Shown one piece after another: positions 34,590-44,422 of a stretch of DNA of 64,000 nucleotides (positions are counted from its first letter, which is position 1; every line of letters begins with the position of its first letter). Made by a program: the position numbers and the translations under genes. The stretch is from assembly GCA_963721455.1 (NCBI GenBank), contig CAVRJG010000053.1, forward strand, positions 171,001-235,000, written 5' to 3'. The stretch is from an uncultured Methanosarcinaceae archaeon. Lineage in GTDB: Archaea > Halobacteriota > Methanosarcinia > Methanosarcinales > Methanosarcinaceae. The notes beneath the pieces were generated by a model. It did not search any database. It saw nothing but the letters and a program-made list of their open reading frames with translations, and was not told the DNA's origin.

Positions 34590-37418
34590 ATGATGGTTAT
34601 TTCAGAATTAGCTTTAGGCTATCTTACTAACCTGATATATGATTCTTCCAAGAACATCCCTAAAGAAATTTTTGATACTTACTCGAAAGTATATGATAAG
34701 ACAATTGAAGAGTTCTCAAATAAGAATTATAAATTGAATGGAATACAAATTAATACATTTTTTTATCAGAAAAACGTGGAAACGGCAATCAAAAAATATC
34801 TGAAAAACCCGGAAAAGCTTGATTGTGCAAATATTTTAATCCACGAGTTTTTTGAATTGTTCAGTGAGGAAAATTTCTCCCACGAAGATGCAGACTTAAT
34901 CTTAAACACTTTTTTTGAAATTATGGATGCAGAAATCGAGAAATATCCTGAGCTTATAATCTTTTTTGACCATTACTTAGCAAAAAGAACAGATAAAACA
35001 GTTCAAGAGACAAACCAAGGAGTTAAAGAGTTATCTCAAGAATTCCAAGAAATATCCCAAAAAGTTCAGGAAATACACAAAGTCATAAATGGCGGTAGAG
35101 AAAATCAAGATAAAAAAGAGTTAGACATCGACTTCAGAGAATCATTAAAAAAACATCTGAATAAAATAATAGATGAAGATGGAAAAAACGAAATCAGTGA
35201 AGTCTATACAGAACTCTCAGCCAAAGAAGTTTTACCAGTAACTCTCAAATTCCATGATTCGGAAAGCGATAGACCACAAGAATTTGAGGTTCTTGAGCTT
35301 GTTGAAAAAGAAGAGAAGCTGATCATTTTCGGGGAGTCAGGCTCAGGAAAAACAACTACACTTAGATGGTTGAATTACATCTTTGCTAAAAGTTACCTTG
35401 AGGGAAAAAACGAAAATGTTCCCTTGTACATTGAATTAAATTCTTACATAAGTGAAGAGCGGTTCATAAAGAAGCCGTTTGACGCATACGTCACTATGAA
35501 AGCAGAAGGAAAAGGAATCTCAGAGGACACTCTAAAAACGATATTGAAAGGGAAAGCAATTATTCTTCTCGACGGCTTTGACTTACTCTCACCTACCGAT
35601 GAGTTCCATCCCTATGATAAGATTTCAAATTTCATTACTGATTACAACAATTGCAGGTTTGTTATTTCTTCAAGACCAAGCTTTTTTGAGAGCATAAAAA
35701 GCAATTTCAAAGTCTCTGAATTGGAAAAACTAACCGACGAAAAAATAGAGATATTCATAAATCACTATGTTCCAGATGAAGAACTCGCAAATATTCTCAA
35801 AGACAAAATCCTTAGCAATCAACAGTTAAAATCCATACTCTCAAACCCGATGATGCTTTACATCGCCATCAAAGTTGCTATGGGAAGAAAAGACAAGTCC
35901 GATGACTTACTTCCTTCAAACCGTTCTGACTTGTACGAAGCTTTTATTTCTACTCTTTTCAGTCATCAGGACGAAAAAGGAAAACATCTCCACGCAGACA
36001 GAATACAAATTGAGAATGCTCTTACTGATATCTATTTCAATCTTCAATCCAAAAATGAAGTTTCATGCAAATATTCTGAAGCCTTCAAATTTGTCAAAAA
36101 AAGCTCTGAAGATCCTATATTTAAAAAAATTAGCCCACAGTTAATTCTTGAAGACTGCCTCAAACTGGGAATACTGTATAAAAATGATAATTACGTATCA
36201 TATGGAATCCATCAGTCTTTTCAGGAATATTTTGCAGCTATAAAGCTAAAAGAGCTTTTTGAAAGTGGATATGATGTATCAGAGGCTTTTAGTCATCCAA
36301 AGTGGGAAGAAGTCGTGATATTCACCTCTGAAATGCTAGATTCGGATTTTATTGACGAATTTATTGACTCAATGCTTTCAAAAGGCGAGCTTTTCCTGGC
36401 TTCAAAGTGTGTAAATAAAGCAAGTGAAAAAGTAAAGGAAAAATTGTGTTCTTTGCTTGCAGATAAAATGGATTCCCGGTATAAATCAGAAAAGATGAGT
36501 TCTATTGAAAGTCTGGGAAGAATTGGAACCACTGGAATTAGTATAATTGTTAAAGCACTGAAAGATAAAGATTCAGATGTGCGGGGGAGGGCGGCAGAGG
36601 CACTTGAAAATATCAAATCGGATACAGCCGTGCAGCTGCTAATAAACGCACTGAAAGATGAAGATTCAGATGTGCGGGGGAGGGCGGCAGAGGCACTTGG
36701 AAATATCAAATCGGATACAGCCGTGCAGCCGCTAATAAACGCACTGAAAGATGAAGATTCAGATGTGCGGGGGAGTGCGGCACAGGCACTTGGAAATATC
36801 AAATCGGATACAGCCGTGCAGCCGCTAATAAACGCACTGAAAGATGAAGATTCAGATGTGCGGGGGAGTGCGGCAGATGCACTTGGAAATATCAAATCGG
36901 ATACAGCCGTGCAGTCGCTAATAAACGCACTGAAAGATGAAGATTCAGATGTGCAGTGGAGGGCGGCACAGGCACTTGGAAATATCAAATCGGATACAGC
37001 CGTGCAGCCGCTAATAAACGCACTGAAAGATAAAGATTCAGATGTGCGGTGGAGTGCGGCACAGGCACTTGGAAATATCAAATCGGATATAGCCGTGCAG
37101 CCTCTAATAAACGCACTGAAAGATAAAGATTCAGATGTGCGGGGGAGGGTGGCAGATGCACTTGGAAATATCAAATCGGATACAGCCGTGCAGCCGCTAA
37201 TCAATGCACTGAAAGATAAAGATTCAGATGTGCGGAGGAGGGCGGCAGAGGCACTTGGAAATATTTGTACTGTTAAAAATAAAAAGCAGCTGGAAGATCT
37301 ACTGGGATCAGATCATGAATTTTCAGTTAACACGGCATTTGAAATCCTCTATGAAATCGAAAAAGAAGAAAAATCGAAAATTATTTTGTTCAAAGATGAA
37401 AAATTCTCACGAATCTAA
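34590..37418 (+). CDS. NACHT NTPase + HEAT (PBS-lyase-like) repeat protein, NLR-like
   Basis: Walker A GESGSGKTT, Walker B ILLDGFD, ISSRP, NPMML, IHQSFQEYFAA, eight 31-aa HEAT repeats. Confidence 0.92.
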   Translation: MMVISELALGYLTNLIYDSSKNIPKEIFDTYSKVYDKTIEEFSNKNYKLNGIQINTFFYQKNVETAIKKYLKNPEKLDCANILIHEFFELFSEENFSHEDADLILNTFFEIMDAEIEKYPELIIFFDHYLAKRTDKTVQETNQGVKELSQEFQEISQKVQEIHKVINGGRENQDKKELDIDFRESLKKHLNKIIDEDGKNEISEVYTELSAKEVLPVTLKFHDSESDRPQEFEVLELVEKEEKLIIFGESGSGKTTTLRWLNYIFAKSYLEGKNENVPLYIELNSYISEERFIKKPFDAYVTMKAEGKGISEDTLKTILKGKAIILLDGFDLLSPTDEFHPYDKISNFITDYNNCRFVISSRPSFFESIKSNFKVSELEKLTDEKIEIFINHYVPDEELANILKDKILSNQQLKSILSNPMMLYIAIKVAMGRKDKSDDLLPSNRSDLYEAFISTLFSHQDEKGKHLHADRIQIENALTDIYFNLQSKNEVSCKYSEAFKFVKKSSEDPIFKKISPQLILEDCLKLGILYKNDNYVSYGIHQSFQEYFAAIKLKELFESGYDVSEAFSHPKWEEVVIFTSEMLDSDFIDEFIDSMLSKGELFLASKCVNKASEKVKEKLCSLLADKMDSRYKSEKMSSIESLGRIGTTGISIIVKALKDKDSDVRGRAAEALENIKSDTAVQLLINALKDEDSDVRGRAAEALGNIKSDTAVQPLINALKDEDSDVRGSAAQALGNIKSDTAVQPLINALKDEDSDVRGSAADALGNIKSDTAVQSLINALKDEDSDVQWRAAQALGNIKSDTAVQPLINALKDKDSDVRWSAAQALGNIKSDIAVQPLINALKDKDSDVRGRVADALGNIKSDTAVQPLINALKDKDSDVRRRAAEALGNICTVKNKKQLEDLLGSDHEFSVNTAFEILYEIEKEEKSKIILFKDEKFSRI
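36555..37265 (+). repeat. 93-bp tandem repeat, about 7.6 copies
   Basis: gcactgaaagat recurs at 36555, 36648, 36741 ... 37206. Confidence 0.97.
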
Positions 37419-37512
37419 TTTTGTATCCATTCATTCCAGCAATTCCGTATCCTCATGCGAATAAGCCGGCGCACAGCAGCAGAGAATTTTCAGCAGCTTT
37501 TTTAAAACATCC

Positions 37513-38826
37513 TCATTTTTCAACCAGTTTCCCGAAGAAATAACCGGGCTTCGCAGAGACGATTTCCACATCAGCATACTGGCCGGGCTTGAGATTCGAG
37601 CCGCTTATGACAACCGGGCGGTAAGAGTCCGTGCGGGTGAGGACGTCTCCCATTTCAGTATATTTCGAGACAAAAGCTCTGCCTTTCCAGCCGATCATTG
37701 CCTTCTTGGACCCAAGCTTGACCTGCTCGCAGACCTTGTGCAATTCATGGGAGCGCTGCACGGAAATCCGGGAGTCCAGGTTTCGGAAGGAAAAAGCTTT
37801 CGTGTGTGGGCGGGGAGAGTATCTTGAGATATTTACTTTTTCAGGGCGGTATTTCTGTACCCATTCGATGGTTTCCTGAGAATCGTCGTCGGTTTCATCA
37901 CAAAAACCAACGATTATGTCGGTGAAGAGGGAGATGTCTTCGAAACGGGCACGGAATTTCGTTATGATCATGTCCACTGAATCCATTTTGTGCAGGCGGT
38001 TCATTCTCTTCAGGACAGAATGGGAAGCGGACTGGATAGGAAGGTGGAGAAGTTTGAAGATTTTGTCGGAATCAAAAGCGTCTACAAGGTCATCGAGAAT
38101 CGGAAGGACAGAGAAGGGATTCATCATTCCGACCCTGACCTTGAAGTCGCCGGGAATTTCCGAGATCAGGCGCAGAAGGGCGGGGAGTTTGAAACCTGTG
38201 TCCATTCCATACTGGCTGTCGTCCTGCGAAGTGAGCCAGATTTCCCTGCAGCCATCTGCGACTGCTGAGCGGATATCTTCGACTATCTCATCCGGCGGAA
38301 AAGAGCGCAGTTTGCCTCTTGCATGCTTTACAATGCAGTAGGAGCAGGCGAAGTTGCAGCCCTGGGAGATCTGGCAGATGTGAATATTGGGGTTGGAGCG
38401 CTCGCGTGGGACGTTCAGGAAACCCAGGGGTTCGGAAGTCCGGAATTCAAGGCGTCCTTCTCCTTGCAATCGTCCTTCCTTTTTTCTCTGCTCGATTGAG
38501 GAAAGAAGGTCGCCAAGGCGGGAAACCGCGTTTACCCCAAGGATATGGGCTTCGGGATTTGCGTGAAGGATATCTTCAAGCTGGACTTCGGGCATGCAGC
38601 CGGAAACGATCACCTGTATGCCGCGCTCACCCATCCTGCGGATCTTATAGAGAATCTTTTGCTCTGTAGTGTATTTGACTGTGCAGGAGTTGCAGACATA
38701 GACCTCTGCCTGATCGGCAGTATCAGGGCCCAGCAGTTCATGCCCGAGCCTCTCGACGCTTGCCTTCATTATCTCGGCTGATGCCTGGCTTGCAGAACAG
38801 CCAAAACTTTCAAGATAGACCTTCAT
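37513..38826 (-). CDS. tRNA t6A37 methylthiotransferase (MiaB-like radical SAM, archaeal MtaB type)
   Basis: UPF0004 N-domain (FGCSAS, NSCTV, VSGC), CNFACSYC radical-SAM motif, C-terminal TRAM. Confidence 0.92.
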   Translation of the reverse strand: MKVYLESFGCSASQASAEIMKASVERLGHELLGPDTADQAEVYVCNSCTVKYTTEQKILYKIRRMGERGIQVIVSGCMPEVQLEDILHANPEAHILGVNAVSRLGDLLSSIEQRKKEGRLQGEGRLEFRTSEPLGFLNVPRERSNPNIHICQISQGCNFACSYCIVKHARGKLRSFPPDEIVEDIRSAVADGCREIWLTSQDDSQYGMDTGFKLPALLRLISEIPGDFKVRVGMMNPFSVLPILDDLVDAFDSDKIFKLLHLPIQSASHSVLKRMNRLHKMDSVDMIITKFRARFEDISLFTDIIVGFCDETDDDSQETIEWVQKYRPEKVNISRYSPRPHTKAFSFRNLDSRISVQRSHELHKVCEQVKLGSKKAMIGWKGRAFVSKYTEMGDVLTRTDSYRPVVISGSNLKPGQYADVEIVSAKPGYFFGKLVEK

Positions 38827-38984
38827 ACTCTGACTCTAAACTCTATATTTTTTTAATTCTGTAATTCTTTTTAATTCTGTACTTTTTTGAAACTTAACCC
38901 GCATTTACTTGACCCGCGTTTAACCTGATCGACGCTTATCCGTGTTTCAAAAAAGAACGAAAAAGAAAAAAGATAAAAGGGGGT

Positions 38985-40082
38985 TTACAGGTAGAGAGGA
39001 GTCTCCCGCTTATCCTTGATATAAATACTGTCTGTGAACCTGACAGCCCCGGATGCTCCCATGGAAACCGTGTGTACCCTTGCATCTCCGCCGCCGAAAA
39101 GGCTGACTTCCCGCAGAAAATGGCCGGGAGTTACGGCTGTTGCCGAGAAGATCACGTCTTTGCCAGGCACAAGCTTGTCGGTATCGAGGAGATCGTTAAG
39201 GTTCTGAAGGGTAATACCCATTTTCTCGAGCCTTGGCATTTTTTCTTCGATTTCTTCATCGATCTTATCCTGAGCCTTTCCGTTTGCAACCGTTGGAAGA
39301 ACAAGCCTGGCAATGATCTTTCCACCAAGAATCTTGATCGCAGCTGCCGTTAAAACAGCTTCTCCGGAACCACCTGCACCCATTACCACATGGATGCCTG
39401 ACCCGCGGATTGCAGTTGCAACACCGGGCATAAGGTCTCCGTCGGTGACCAGCCTTACACGGGCGCCTGCTTCCCGAATCTCGGTTATCTTCTGGGCATG
39501 CCGTGGACGGTCAAGGATTACAACGACAAGCTCCTCAATATTTCTTCCGAGAGCTTTTGCAACGATCTTCAGGTTGTGCCTGACAGGGGCATCCAGAGCG
39601 ATTTTTTCATCAGGATGATCTTCTTCGTAACGTACCACATCTGGCCCGACAACGATTTTGTCCATGTAGATATCAGGGCCGTGGAAAATTCCACCCCTTT
39701 CGGCCATAGCCATGACCGCAACCGAACCAGGGTAGCCATCTGCAGTAAGGTTTGTTCCTTCGAGCGGATCGACTGCAATATCAACCTCCAGGTCTCCCTT
39801 TCCTGTTCCTACCTGCTCCCCAATGTAAAGCATGGGAGCTTCGTCCCTTTCTCCTTCCCCTATCTTGATTATGCCTTTCATATTAAGCCTGTTCAGCGTC
39901 CTCCGCATGGAGGCGACAGCCACCTGGTCGGCAAAACTTTTGTTCCCGCGCCCCATCTGGTAGGCTGCGGCAATGGCAGCAGCTTCTGTTACCTGAATAA
40001 GCCGGGGCAATAACTCACACTCAATAGGCCCTGCGCACTCAATCATCTCTTCTACTGTCTTTGGATGAGGTATGATAATCAA
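38985..40082 (-). CDS. glpX: Fructose-1,6-bisphosphatase class II
   Basis: IGEGERDEAPMLYIGE, DPLEGT, LDRPRH motifs. Confidence 0.95.
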   Translation of the reverse strand: MIIIPHPKTVEEMIECAGPIECELLPRLIQVTEAAAIAAAYQMGRGNKSFADQVAVASMRRTLNRLNMKGIIKIGEGERDEAPMLYIGEQVGTGKGDLEVDIAVDPLEGTNLTADGYPGSVAVMAMAERGGIFHGPDIYMDKIVVGPDVVRYEEDHPDEKIALDAPVRHNLKIVAKALGRNIEELVVVILDRPRHAQKITEIREAGARVRLVTDGDLMPGVATAIRGSGIHVVMGAGGSGEAVLTAAAIKILGGKIIARLVLPTVANGKAQDKIDEEIEEKMPRLEKMGITLQNLNDLLDTDKLVPGKDVIFSATAVTPGHFLREVSLFGGGDARVHTVSMGASGAVRFTDSIYIKDKRETPLYL

Positions 40083-40309
40083 CTCCCATTTTCTGCTTAC
40101 TGATAATCTTCTTCCTGATAATGAAATTCATTTTCGGTGATTTCTTTTACCTGTTTATGTGATTTCTTAACACAATCGTAATTAATGAATGTATTGCCAG
40201 GCAGGAAACAAATATTTATCTCATAAAACGTTTATCGCAGAAAGCTCTGTAAATAAAAAGCTTTCATACAGGCTTCAAAATAGAGAATAAAGATAAGAAA
40301 TATAAAAGA

Positions 40310-41152
40310 ATGACTAAAAAACATGATTTAAAGCTTGACTTAAAGTTTGACTTAAAGCGTAACTTAAAGCGTGACTCAAAAACAACAGTTTCTGCTCGAT
40401 TTATTCTTCAAGGGGAAACACCCGTGAAAATTCACTGCCTTCACCACCTGAAAAACGAGACCCTGGGAAATATAGGAACCTGGATTACTCAAAAAGGATA
40501 TACGTTTACAAAAACCCTGCTCTCTGAAGAACCTCTTTTCCCTGACCCTGAGGAATTTGATTTGCTTCTGATAATGGGCGGCACGATGAGTGTTTACCAG
40601 GAAGATGAGTATTCCTGGCTACAGCCTGAAAAGGAATTTGTAAGAAGAACGATAGAAGCAGGCAAACCCATACTTGGAAGTTGTTTTGGGGCACAGATGA
40701 TTGCCGAAGTACTGGGCGGAAAAGTTACAAAAAACCGGTTTAAGGAAATAGGCTGGCATACTGTCAGATCCGTGGAAGGAAAAAACCTGAACGATAGCAT
40801 AAGTTCAGAACTTCCGCCCTGCATGTTTCCTGAATTCACAGCTTTTATGTGGCACGGGGACATGTTTGAAATTCCCGCCGGCGCACTGAGACTTTTTGAG
40901 AGTGAAGCCTGCCCGAATCAGGGTTTCATTTACAATGGAAACGTTCTCGGTCTGCAGTTTCATCCTGAAGCCGACAGGCAATGGATAAGAAACCTTATCA
41001 AGGATTCGGGGCATGAGCTTGCTGAAGGAAAGTATGTCCAGTCCGAAAAGGAAATCTGCGGGCAGCAAAGCTTTTTTGGGGGCTCGAAGGGTCTGGCTTT
41101 TTCTCTGATGGACTGGTTTGAAAAAAATGTAAAAGAGAAAGTTAAGGTGTAA
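40310..41152 (+). CDS. Type 1 glutamine amidotransferase (true start possibly GTG 40424)
   Basis: GSCFGAQ nucleophile and QFHPE triad. Confidence 0.92.
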   Translation: MTKKHDLKLDLKFDLKRNLKRDSKTTVSARFILQGETPVKIHCLHHLKNETLGNIGTWITQKGYTFTKTLLSEEPLFPDPEEFDLLLIMGGTMSVYQEDEYSWLQPEKEFVRRTIEAGKPILGSCFGAQMIAEVLGGKVTKNRFKEIGWHTVRSVEGKNLNDSISSELPPCMFPEFTAFMWHGDMFEIPAGALRLFESEACPNQGFIYNGNVLGLQFHPEADRQWIRNLIKDSGHELAEGKYVQSEKEICGQQSFFGGSKGLAFSLMDWFEKNVKEKVKV

Positions 41153-41225
41153 AAGAGAAAGTTAAGGTGTAAAAGAGAAAGTTAAGGTGCAAAAGAGAAG
41201 TAAGGCGCAAAAGAGAAAGCTGAAG
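41128..41225. repeat. 20-bp tandem repeat (3 perfect + 2 degenerate) over the GATase stop codon
   Basis: tgtaaaagagaaagttaagg x3. Confidence 0.9.
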
Positions 41226-41255
41226 AGGAATTTGGGATAAACTTCAGTTTCCCTT

Positions 41256-41786
41256 TTATTTTAAATAGTCTGCCAGCGCCACTCTTTCAATAACGAGTTC
41301 AGGAATATGTTCTTCGCCTGATGCTTCAATTTCTGCATCAGTAATCCCGAACACGGAAAGGATTCCCCGCCTTTTGGCATCGGAATAAGCAAGCAGCTCA
41401 GTACAGGATTTTTCCTCTATTAATTCTCTGATGGCAGAGAGAGCCAGAACCAGATTGTCCATTTTTCCAAGCAGCACGAATACTACACTGTTTTCCCCTT
41501 CACGCAGCCCTATAGAAAAACTCCTCTCAATCTGCCTTTCACCGGCTGCATAGCGCATGATCTCGATTCCTGGATCTTTTGCTATATTCTTGCCTGCAGC
41601 AACTGCCCGAAGAGCCTTTCCTATTGCAAAATGAAGGTGTCTTTCTCCTGCTATCAGGTCCGCGTTTAAGCCCTGGACAATGACTTCGTTTTCGGAAGCT
41701 ATAGAACTTACTGTTTTTAGAAAGCCGGAAAGATTCGGGATACTTACAGTTCCGCAGATTACCTGGATTTCCCTTTGCATTTCCAT
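41256..41786 (-). CDS. cgi121: KEOPS complex subunit Cgi121
   Basis: NIAKDPGIEIMRYAAGERQI and LVIERVAL motifs. Confidence 0.9.
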   Translation of the reverse strand: MEMQREIQVICGTVSIPNLSGFLKTVSSIASENEVIVQGLNADLIAGERHLHFAIGKALRAVAAGKNIAKDPGIEIMRYAAGERQIERSFSIGLREGENSVVFVLLGKMDNLVLALSAIRELIEEKSCTELLAYSDAKRRGILSVFGITDAEIEASGEEHIPELVIERVALADYLK

Positions 41787-42469
41787 ACTCCTGCCATAAC
41801 GCGGGCTTTACAATAAGGATTTCGGTTGTGGAAAAATTAGTGAGTAAAGACTCATAAAATCTGAGAACCCTTATTCTTTCGAATACACGTCACTCTATTT
41901 AGTGAGATAGTTAATAATTCAATCTATATGTTATAGTATTATCAGGATTAACTTTGCTCTAACCTAACTAATTAGTGCCATTCATTTTTGTACATGGATC
42001 TTGGGTACTCTAAGCTCGAATACCAGGTTCCAAGCAGAATGAGAGGACGACGTATACTTTAGTGTATTGCTATATTAAACAAATATGCGCTTTTTTCTAT
42101 GTCTCTGCGGAATTTGAGAAACATTTATAGAAAAATAATATTATTAAAGATATATTAGCAAAATATTGACTAAATAATTTCGGGTTTTAATTAATATTAG
42201 TTTCTTATTTATATTTCTCTAGTCATTATATTTCTTAGATCATAAAATAATAGTAATACAATTTGAAATCACTTTCATCGGCACCAGTCATCAGCACATA
42301 AAATGAAGATTGAAAAAGTTACCAGTACTTTATACTCTTCCAGAGATGAATCTGGATGGTTAACTGGAAAAAACAAAACTTATTTGATGCATCTGGCGAT
42401 TGGAAGTGAATCAAAAATCAACAGCCTTCAAATTGTATCAAACTAAATAATAATTGGGAGTGTGGACAA

Positions 42470-42784
42470 ATGGGAAAACAAATATATGACAGAACGAAGA
42501 AGATCCTGAGTATTTCTATCCTGGTCTTGCTTGTAATGTCAATGATGGTCGCGGTAGTGAGCGCACAGCGAGATGGCGATCGAGACCGAGATCGAGATCG
42601 AGATGGCGATCGAGATCGAAACTGGCGAGATGGCGATCATGGCGGTCGGAATTGCAGGTGGGTCTGTGACGACTGGGAGAAACAGCGGTTCTGTAGAGAC
42701 TGGGGCCATAAAGGGTGTAGAGACTGGGGCTGGAGATGGGTCTGTAGAGACTGGGAATGGAGATGTTGGGGGCGGAAAATGTAA
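42470..42784 (+). CDS. Small secreted Trp/Arg/Cys-rich protein
   Basis: GGGAG RBS, signal peptide ending VSA, RD repeats, six-Cys Trp-rich C-domain. Confidence 0.75.
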   Translation: MGKQIYDRTKKILSISILVLLVMSMMVAVVSAQRDGDRDRDRDRDGDRDRNWRDGDHGGRNCRWVCDDWEKQRFCRDWGHKGCRDWGWRWVCRDWEWRCWGRKM

Positions 42785-42876
42785 GAACTGTCCATGAATG
42801 AAGGAAGATAAACATAAAGACAGAGGCAGTAAGACATTAATTTTGAAAAATCTAATGTATTAACGTCTTTCATAAT

Positions 42877-42985
42877 GGGACTTACGCCCTTGAGAAGCAA
42901 TATAAGGCACGTGCAGATTTACCACAGGATTTGGTAGACGAGCATGATTCATGCTCTTGTTTCTCAGTCACATTGCGTAAGTCCT
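42877..42985. mobile_element. MITE-like element with GGACTTACGC...GCGTAAGTCC inverted ends
   Basis: 10-bp perfect TIR, 109 bp long. Confidence 0.65.
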
Positions 42986-43082
42986 ATAAATATTTGCATC
43001 TTAAAAACTAAATTAAATATTTGGCAGCAGGCATTTACCCTTTAAATTCTCTATTTTTCTATTAATTAACTGTCTGGTTTAC

Positions 43083-43200
43083 TTATATTCAACGTTTTTT
43101 GCTGTTCCTTTTTGATCGCCTTCTTCAATCACCTTGACAAATGCCTGTCTGACAGATTTTCTTTTCCTGACCAGAAAATTGCCTTGTGGTATTTCCAAAC
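43083..43200 (-). pseudogene. Diverged copy of the vhxC 3' end fused to a copy of the cgi121 upstream region
   Basis: Encodes [19 protein letters not shown] versus vhx[20 protein letters not shown]. 43191-43241 matches 41779-41829 at 49/51. Confidence 0.88.
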
Positions 43201-43306
43201 TCCTGCCATAACACGGGCTTTACAATAAGGATTTCGGTTGTAGGAGAAGAAACAAAAAAGAGGGAAAATAAAAGAAAAGCCGAGAATTTTCAAAAAGGGC
43301 TCTGAA

Positions 43307-43438
43307 TTACCAAACATTTGAGAACCACCTCAACACCGTTAACCCCAGCACTACCATAAAAAGAAGAATCAAGAGGTTGAGGATGATCTGGCCGACTTTT
43401 GTTCGAATTGCCCCCAGTTCATACATCCAGATTCCCAT
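43307..43438 (-). CDS. 43-aa single-TM small protein (not in the ORF track)
   Basis: MGIWMYELGAIRTKVGQIILNLLILLFMVVLGLTVLRWFSNVW*. Confidence 0.5.
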   Translation of the reverse strand: MGIWMYELGAIRTKVGQIILNLLILLFMVVLGLTVLRWFSNVW

Positions 43439-43618
43439 ATATAAATATGAATGAGACGGCATATATCCATTTGGAAATTTTCATACATAATTAAAGATTT
43501 GTTTTTGAAGCTTGAAGGAAAAATTAAATATTCTATTCGTTGTTGGATTCATTTCCCATCAATTTTTATTCATTTTCCATCCATTTGTGATTCATTTCCC
43601 TTTTTGATTTGTTTACTG

Positions 43619-44410
43619 TCACTGCTCTTTTATCACTATTTTCTGGTCGCTTTCATCGACTACCCTGACAAAATGCCTGTCTGAAAGATCCTCTTTTCCT
43701 GACCAGAAAATTGCCTTGTGGTACTTCCAGACATTCGGATCGAGTTCAAGAATTCCTACATGAACCACGAGTTCAAAAACAAACCAGTAGCCTGCAAGCA
43801 GATGTATTAAACGGATTAGCCCTAAAGCATCAATACCAAGCAAAGGCGCAAAGTACCAGGCGACAGAGGTAATCCATTCTGCAATGGGAAGCCCGAAAAG
43901 GGTCCAGTTGATATTGTAAAGCACTATCCCTGTAATCGCGATCAGGAAGATTGCCGTGCTTTCGAAAATAATCAAAAGCTTGAGCATGGGGTGAAGTTTT
44001 GTAACATAATGTCCCTTACGCTCGTCATAAATTGTGAAAGCCGGATACCTGCCTTTTCCGAAAAAATTCTTGACTATATCAATAAGGCGTTCTGCATCAT
44101 CTTTTCCAAAAAGGTAAGATTCCCTGAAATGCCCTATCCGGTCTCTGACACTGCATCTTTCTCCTTTGCAGGAAAAAATATTGTAAGGGACCAGAATCCA
44201 GTTTGCGACCAGGAAAAAGGGCACAGCAATAATATGCAGGGTCCGAGCTGTATGAAATTCCATGAAATCCCAGCCAAAATAGATTTTGAACCCTGTGATA
44301 AGAAGGGTCAACATGGCGACAAGATGCACCAGGTGAGTAACTCTCTCAAGCCAGGTATAACGTTCAACAATTATTCTCCCGGAAGCGGGTTTTTCAGCAG
44401 ATCGTACCAT
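43619..44410 (-). CDS. vhxC: Hydrogenase b-type cytochrome subunit
   Basis: His-containing TM helices; follows small and large subunit genes. Confidence 0.88.
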   Translation of the reverse strand: MVRSAEKPASGRIIVERYTWLERVTHLVHLVAMLTLLITGFKIYFGWDFMEFHTARTLHIIAVPFFLVANWILVPYNIFSCKGERCSVRDRIGHFRESYLFGKDDAERLIDIVKNFFGKGRYPAFTIYDERKGHYVTKLHPMLKLLIIFESTAIFLIAITGIVLYNINWTLFGLPIAEWITSVAWYFAPLLGIDALGLIRLIHLLAGYWFVFELVVHVGILELDPNVWKYHKAIFWSGKEDLSDRHFVRVVDESDQKIVIKEQ

Positions 44411-44422
44411 TTCCAGCCTCCT

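Noticed and set aside
36293-37204. 303-aa antisense ORF
   Set aside because: Shadow of the stop-free 93-bp HEAT repeats.
41128-41225. 20-bp tandem repeats as a functional array
   Set aside because: No spacers; consistent with slippage around a purine-rich stop/terminator region.
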